This document shows, piece by piece, positions 58,102 through 64,000 of a stretch of DNA of 64,000 nucleotides (position 1 is the stretch's first letter; every line of letters starts with the position of its first letter). The DNA comes from Saccostrea cucullata (lineage: Eukaryota). Below the pieces are notes generated by a model. The model searched no databases. It saw only the letters and a program-made list of their open reading frames with translations, and was not told the origin of the DNA. The stretch is taken from the NCBI RefSeq assembly GCF_032062105.1, contig NW_026930195.1, positions 1 through 64,000 of the forward strand, given 5' to 3'. The translations under genes and the position numbers were made by a program.

Positions 58102-61076
58102 TTAAATTAGCAGATAAACTCATTTTGTGGTATTTTAAAGAAATGTTGTATGACGTATATTGTGTATGATGTCATAGTCAAGTTTTCCCGTACAAATTAA
58201 GCTCCGCCTCCTTTTTAGACGGAGGCTTAGCCTCCGCTCTATTGGTACCGCTCATCTGAGGCGGAAGGGAATTTGCGATCGCCATCTAGCGGCAAATCAC
58301 GTTAACTTTGATTAGCCTGGTCCCCAGGCTCATACTTTCCAAGGCAGGAGTACACGAAGCAAAACAGGGACAGGGAACCAGGCTAAATTTTGATAAACTG
58401 GCCTGCCTGTCTGATATCAGATATGCGCTGTATACAGACAGGTGATCAGTGATGTATAGAGTCTGCTGCTGACAAGCTCATTGGCTGATAAACACTCTCG
58501 CTGACACAGAATTTAAATTGTCGGGGAAACCAAAACAGATCACCGAGTGTAGTTCTCTGCATCTGATTTTGATGCAATTAATCTAATTCGGTCACAATTT
58601 TTTCCAAAAACAATACATAATTCTTTTTTTTTCCTCATGAACCTATAATTATCTGACCTCGCCTGAGGGCTTTTAAATTAGTTTGCGAAGGTCCTATCAC
58701 ATTAATACCCTACATTACCTAGGTAAAAGAAATCTGCATCATTGTTTAATTGAAACTGACATATTTTAAATGTTCACTCACTGACTCAGCAGAGAGCTGC
58801 GTCTTATCTGTTTATAGCACAGGTACAGAATCTCTGCTGCATCTATTTTTAGAATTCCTTATCACATATATTTCAGAAGATTTTGCAAACTATTTAGATG
58901 GGACAAACTGACCCACATGTTTCTATGTTTACATGACCAAAACAGTGGCTTGAATCTTACTTTGTGGTGTAAATTAATTAAGTAATATTATGGCTAATCT
59001 GTGCAAAAAAAGGATGCATTAAAACACTGTTGTCATGGAATCTGCAATAGTGACTCAAAGTATGCCCACAAAAAATATATGCAAGGAGTTAAATTTATTA
59101 GGTTTCCCAAACCTTGGAGAGATATTGAAAAAGTGTCAAAGATGGGTGAATGCTTGTAAGCGGTTTATTGGTGGATCCAAAGGAGGGTAGGTTCCGGGGT
59201 TGGAAGCCCCCTTTATTTTTTGTCAAGTGGAGAGAGAGAGAAAGAGAGAGAAAAAATATTTTCCGAGAATAAATTAAAATACATGTATTTGTACGTCTAA
59301 CTTATGTATTAAATAGATAGATTCTCACACATTAAGTTTCTTCCACTCACTATTCCCTTTTATATGAAAGAATATAGAGTATACAGTACAACCCTAGAAC
59401 TCCCCTTTCAAAAATGGCTGGATCCACCTCTGAAACGGGAAGGATTTTCCACGAAATTGGGTATTATCCGTAAAATCACATATAATACTGGATATTAGGG
59501 TATCGTTGAATCCATGAGATCTAGTATTAAGGCGTTGTAATCACTTTATTAAACTTAAACAATGGGATGGCACATTTTGCGGTACGTGTCAACTTTCACC
59601 TGGATGCAAATGTTTTCTTAAGGTATCACCAGTCAAGTAAGAATTTGGAAGTCAGGATTAATGCACACTGGAAAATAAAAGCTATAGAGCTTAGTACATT
59701 TTATGATCTGGACCAAACAGGCGTTTGTTCTGCTTAATATTTTTCATAATGTTTGAAATATTTGCATCCTCTTCATGTTCATTACCCAACACAACAGAAT
59801 TGTTAATCAAAAGTTGAATGTGCATGTTTACATCTATGCATTGATATATCTGAATGCTTGTATCTCAGCTCCTTTTAGTCCTGAAGAGTTAGATATACTA
59901 AAGTACTTTTGGTTTTCTCACATTTCAGGAAGCTCTTACCATGAGTCACTAAAGAATTCAAATCAATATAGTTTATTGCAATTAGAGTGGTTTGCCCTTT
60001 CGATGAAAAATGGGAATTCAGTAAATTACATAATTAAACATTAGACCACGATAAATAAATGAAGAAGATGTATTTGTGAAACACTCTGGCCCCCCGTGTG
60101 GCAATATAGCGAAGATGCAAATTTAATATATTGGTACCAAAAGTATGGTATTCTTACTGGAAATACAATTGTGAAATATGAAAGTAGGCTAAGGCTAAAG
60201 TTAATCCATAAGTACGGAAATCTCCAAGGTAAAGGTCAAAAGGTCATGATTGTTGGTATGCTATGAAAGGTCTTCCCACAAAGAATACATATGTGAAGTA
60301 TGAAGCCCTAACCCTTCAAAAGTTATGAAAAATGATATTTTTTTTAAAGTAGGCCAAACTCCAAAGTCAAATGTCTTGCTATAAAATGAAAGGTCTTGTC
60401 ATAAGGATTAAATATATAAAGTATGAAAGCACTAACCCAAAACCTTTTCAAGTTATGGTCAAGATTTGCTTTATAAAAGTAGGTCAAACTCCAAGGTCAA
60501 AAGGTCAAAGTTCTGGGTCTTCTTACAAGGATTACATATGTACGTTTAAAAAGCACTATTTATCCCTTACCATTCAATACTTATGGCCAAAGTTAAAGTT
60601 TCTTCATAAGTATGGAATCTCGTAGGTCAAGGTCAAAAGGTCAAGCTTGTTAATATCTAATGAAAGGTCTTTCCACAAAAATACAAATATGAAGTATAAA
60701 TGTCCTGGTATCTAATGTTCAAAAGATATGGCCAACTACCTTTAGGCAAATGTTGGGGTCAGAATATGAATAAAAAATTCCCAAAGAGACAACAAATCAT
60801 CATGTTCATTCCAAGCCTCCGTCTATCAGTACTTTCAGTACTTTGATTGTAACCTTAACTGTGCTGCGTAATATATTGGTTTTCAGATATTGATTAAAAC
60901 AAGATATTTAATCATATCGATATAATATTATTGGCATGATAAAATAAAGATATAGTTATATGACTTTTAATTTATGAATATATGCTGTAAAGAAGTCAGG
61001 ATAAAGTGTTTTTGAATTATTTTGGCAGGGGCGGGAATTCGACCACGGATTTTTTCCGTTATTTCCTGATTATGAC

Positions 61077-61235
61077 AACGAGCACACGGCAGGTGTGACC
61101 GGTCGGCAGGGGATGCTCACTCCTCCATGGCACCTGATCCCACCTCTAATGTTTTGGAGGTCCGTGTTTGCTCTGCTCTTATTTTGTATATTTGTTTAAT
61201 GGACGTTGAGATTGAATACTGTTCGTTATTTTCAT
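61077..61235 (+). repeat. Fragment of a common bivalve interspersed repeat (probable retroelement 3' end)
   Basis: GGTGTGACCGGTCGGCAGGGGATGCTCACTCCTCC.TGGCACCTGATCCCACCTCT recognised from memory; family not certain. Confidence 0.45.
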
Positions 61236-61698
61236 ATCCTTCCAATGAACCTTCACTTCACTCGGGATTCAGTGAAAGCTTGCATGTATGTATCATGTGA
61301 GGATGTATGATTAAAGGCTGAAGCAAATTAAATAGTATATTAAAAAGGGGAGATGGAGACAAATTGAAAGTTATAATCCATAGTGGGCTTTTGCACCGAT
61401 CACCACTCTTTTGAAGAGGGGGAGACAAGAGTATCTTTGTGTCTCTCATCCAGCTCTAAAAAAAAAACTCAAAAAACTGAGTACAGCAGAGATCCACTGA
61501 TACATGTATGTCACCAAATTTGAGAAAATTCTCGCAGTTAGAATATAAAATCTCTGGGGTGATTTTCTTGTTATCAATTTATTTTGGCTGACACTTAATT
61601 TGTTGATAAGTCGATAAAATATAAGACAATATACTAAGTTATTACACAACAAGTGTAGAGCCAATTACGCTTCCGTACATATCTTATCATCAGAATTG

Positions 61699-62000
61699 TA
61701 CGAAAGCCAGGTATGCTCAATTTCTGAGAAGATGAAAAAATTTAACTCGTTAGAACAAGTTAGTTATCTCGTAATAACAATCTATTTTTCTCGTTATAAC
61801 GAGATTTATTATAACAAGATAATTAATTTGTTATAACGAGATAAAACAATGTCGTTATAAGTAGATAATTATCTCATTATAATTATCTCGTTATAACAAG
61901 ATCCTAACTTGTTATAATCAGATAACCAAGTCGTTATAACGAAATAATTAATTCAATAAAACCAACTAAATATCACAAATGAGCCTATCTAACTTTCGTA
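61699..62000. mobile_element. MITE with TACG...CGTA ends (related to 48952-49518)
   Basis: TACGAAAG...CTTTCGTA; flanks GAATTG/GAATTT; TCGTTATAAC repeats. Confidence 0.65.
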
Positions 62001-62061
62001 GAATTTGATAATACGGTTTTTTTTTAAATTAAATTTTCCATGAATAAATTGTCCAATCTAC

Positions 62062-62350
62062 CTGTTTGATGAGGGCACGGTGTTTCTTTAACTGCTTTCT
62101 GACTTGGTATCCTTTGTATACAGACTGAAGCAGTACAGTAGACGTTCGGATTTTTTGGTAGAGTCCTGTGGCTTGCTTGCTTTTTTAACAGGCCTGTAGT
62201 TTTAAAAGTAAGGTGTTCATTAGGGTCTCTTTCATGGTACTTCGTGCTCTAAAGCGACTCTGTATAATCTTCGCTGACTTTTTCACTTTCCTGAACCTCT
62301 TTTGGTTGATAGATTGACGAATGAAAGATTGAACGGTAATTGCTGCTTCT
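62062..62350 (-). pseudogene. Degenerate duplicate of the IQ exon
   Basis: Collinear with 54323-54625 but with an altered acceptor and an internal deletion; the flanking intron sequence is also duplicated (54290-55310 vs 62030-63060). Confidence 0.7.
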
Positions 62351-63142
62351 TAAAAAAACAAATAGATTGATCAAAATCTAAAATTAAGTATTTAATGCTG
62401 TAAAATAATACATGTAACTAATTTAAGGAGGTTTAATTAGCCACAACAACAAGCAAGTCATCAAATTGTATATGTATATCAATATTTCTTACTTTCAATT
62501 GCTCACCAAACTGTAGTTATAGATTACTAGAATTTGAAAATCATGCAGTACACTTCTTAAATTGACAATGTAATATTTTAAAAAGGAAATATCTGTATTC
62601 TAAGTAATCTAAAAACTAAAAATGTTAATCAATTATTCCAAACATGGATATATTATCCCCCTATCAGGGACTTGAGAGGCAATGCTACAATTAGAAAGGA
62701 AATAATTTTATAATAGGTGCTAAGGTAGGGAAATTCTCCTAACTCTGGGTATTATAGGCAACCCTCGGTATATTTGATATTTGTCTCCTGTATTTTGGTA
62801 GCTGCTTGCCTTTTTTATCATAATTTAATTCTGCTATTTTTGAATTTTTCTCTAGTTTTTCAAATGATTTTTCCCTAAAAAAATGGTCCCATCTACCTGT
62901 TATATGAAGGCACTGTAAAGTTGTTTCTTGGCTCCACAAAGTGATACAATGTACATATTTTTGACATTTTAACGTTTACCTTTGTAGATTGACTTGCATC
63001 TCAGACTAACACTGATTGCCATTAGCTAGCAGATCAGACCGCTGCATCAGTGTTTTACAAACACATTTTGTTATCATTGATATCAGAAATTAATAATGCT
63101 GTTTTTTTAATAGAATTTTCATGAATAAATTGTCCAATTTAC

Positions 63143-63385
63143 CTGTTTGATGAGGGCACGGTGTTCCTTTAACTGCTTTCTGACTTGGTATCCTTTGAAT
63201 ACAGACTGAAGCAGTACAGTTGACGTTCTGATTTTTTGGAAGAGTCCTCTGGCTTGCTTTCCTCTAAAACAGGCCTGTATAGTCACGGCTGCTGTTTTCA
63301 AAGCAAGGTATTCATTTCGGGTCTCTTTCATGGTACGGCGTGCTCTAAAGCGACTCTGTATAATCTGCGCTGACTTCTTAAATTT
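63143..63385 (-). CDS. Third, 5'-truncated IQ exon copy (ASPM-like)
   Basis: KSAQIIQSRFRARR...IQACFRG...LQSVFKG with CAG/GTAAAT donor; similarity stops near 63380. Confidence 0.5.
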
Positions 63386-64000
63386 CTTATTTTAAAAAAG
63401 CAGCTAAATGTGTCACTTCTTTGTAAAATATATTTCTTATTTTCTCCCAATTTTGGATCGTTGCGTTACAATCTATGACATCTGTACTTTCTATTTACCA
63501 ATAGAAGTTTTCACATAATTAATTTCATTACAGTCAATGGATGATTTTATCACACCAATCAGCCAAATTCATGCTGTCAATGAAATTTTTCTCTTCAACT
63601 AAGGATAAATATGCCAAAAATTATGTGAAATTTTGTCCGAAAAATCATGTTTACATAAAATAAACGTTAAATAGAATATATATTTGAATAAAAAAATATG
63701 AGCCCCACCTTCCATTTAACTGATACAGCATTTAATATGAATGTACAAGAAAGTTGTGTCATTGGTGTTTCTATTTTTGTTTTTGCTTCAAAAGAGTTAT
63801 CATTCCTGATTAGAAAATATAAACAGTCCTAAGTCATATTACATCACTTCTCACCAAAAACAACAGAAAGTGTTCTTTGATATTCATGATCAGAACATAT
63901 TAATGGACTTCAGAAGTAAAAAAGTACACTAGTACAAACTTTTTTGTCAGTGATGTTTCCATGTTATTTCAAAACGATTTTAGATATTCATTGAACTCTT

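Overview
AT-rich invertebrate genomic DNA. The repeat landscape (HINE/Helentron-type satellite elements, a tRNA-derived SINE, TTAA MITEs) is most consistent with an oyster-like bivalve. The centrepiece is an apparently intact Polinton/Maverick (adintovirus-like) endogenous virus, from about 23.7 kb or further left to 36453. It encodes an intron-split protein-primed PolB, packaging ATPase, adenain protease, major and minor capsid proteins, a basic core protein and a chromodomain integrase. It also carries unusual host-manipulation cargo: a 67-aa GADD34/ICP34.5/DP71L-like PP1-eIF2alpha phosphatase adaptor 28 nt upstream of the polymerase, a CARD-PC4-PC4 fusion, a membrane-anchored PC4-like protein and possibly a mucin-like type I membrane protein. 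Its left end is lost in an assembly gap. Positions 300-9172 look like the arm of a second Polinton-like element, with duplicated coiled-coil/CCHC genes, TTAGGG-like tracts, a ~350-bp satellite and an ...TACTACT end. To the right lie a decayed, partly duplicated Crypton-like tyrosine recombinase gene, an intact two-gene Harbinger transposon with MITEs nested in its introns, several MITEs, and duplicated ASPM-like IQ-repeat exons. All family assignments are from motif recognition by eye; no searches were run.
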